DNA of 64,000 nucleotides from Hydrolagus affinis (taxonomy: Eukaryota), in the NCBI GenBank assembly GCA_012026655.1, contig JAAILG010001612.1, positions 1 to 64,000 on the forward strand. The letters run 5' to 3'. The position numbers were made by a program, and so were the translations under genes. The notes below the pieces were generated by a model that saw only the letters and a list, made by a program, of their open reading frames with translations, ran no database searches and was not told where the DNA came from. Numbering within the stretch: position 1 is the stretch's first letter; each line of letters starts with the position of its first letter. Shown here in pieces: positions 63,557 to 64,000 of this stretch.

Positions 63557-64000
63557 GTAAGTATGAACATTATGAGAACCGCATTACCATAAAACTTCCT
63601 ATGTTCTCCCATCATAAGTATGCTCCTTAACCATATTTGTTACATAAATAAACGGCATAATCATTAAACAGACATTGATTCCCCTGTTCAAATGCACTGC
63701 TGTCCCTTTTAAACTCACTGACTCACATAAGCAAGACAACTCGAGTTTCAACAGCAGGTATTTAAATGTTACTTATACATCGGAAAACAAGGTACAGAGA
63801 ATGTCACAAGGCCAATGCATAACAAGGGTTATAATAATTTGTAAGTGTCATTAAGCATAATACATTAATAATAGTCAAAATGAATTATGCTATCGTATGG
63901 ACTCAACCAGCGCTCTTGGCTTTTTCTCATTGCACAGTTTCTCCTGGTGCCTGATGCCTGGCCAATAAACCCCCGATGCAAACTCCCTTTCCTGACTGTT

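Noticed and set aside
1-64000. Dispersed recurring motifs (gtgggacactgctgtgcgcaattggctgc; aaatgcaaggattatt) as a CRISPR-like or novel repeat-spacer system
   Set aside because: Irregular spacing, both orientations, tRNA heads and L2-type tails identify them as SINE copies; there are no cas genes and the context is eukaryotic

Overview
This window is vertebrate non-coding DNA, not microbial. The repeat families I recall (tRNA-headed Deu-domain SINEs like SINE2-1_CM/SacSINE1, two L2 subfamilies with (TTG)n tails, CR1 3' ends, a shark-type Penelope palindrome) point to a cartilaginous fish, probably a chimaera such as Callorhinchus milii; this is inference. There is no intact protein-coding gene, rRNA/tRNA gene, operon or CRISPR array. 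The only recognisable coding remnants are LINE ORF2 C-termini: the RT region (YADD motif) of a frameshifted L2 at ~39.8-41.0 kb and shorter L2/CR1 ends. The other listed ORFs look like chance or repeat read-through. The rest resembles a large intron or gene desert with AT-rich, homeodomain/POU-motif-rich, repeat-poor blocks (putative conserved enhancers) and a few candidate micro-exons (one on +, four phase-compatible ones on -). There is a 100-N gap at 41065-41164. The best leads are a Penelope-like palindrome with degenerate hammerhead-ribozyme cores, the candidate micro-exon chain, a POU-site cluster, a tail-to-tail L2 hairpin with a templated inverted insertion beside it, and a covarying 3' stem-loop shared by the LINEs and SINEs. 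I cannot support a wholly novel biological system from the sequence alone. Repeat boundaries were read by eye and are approximate.
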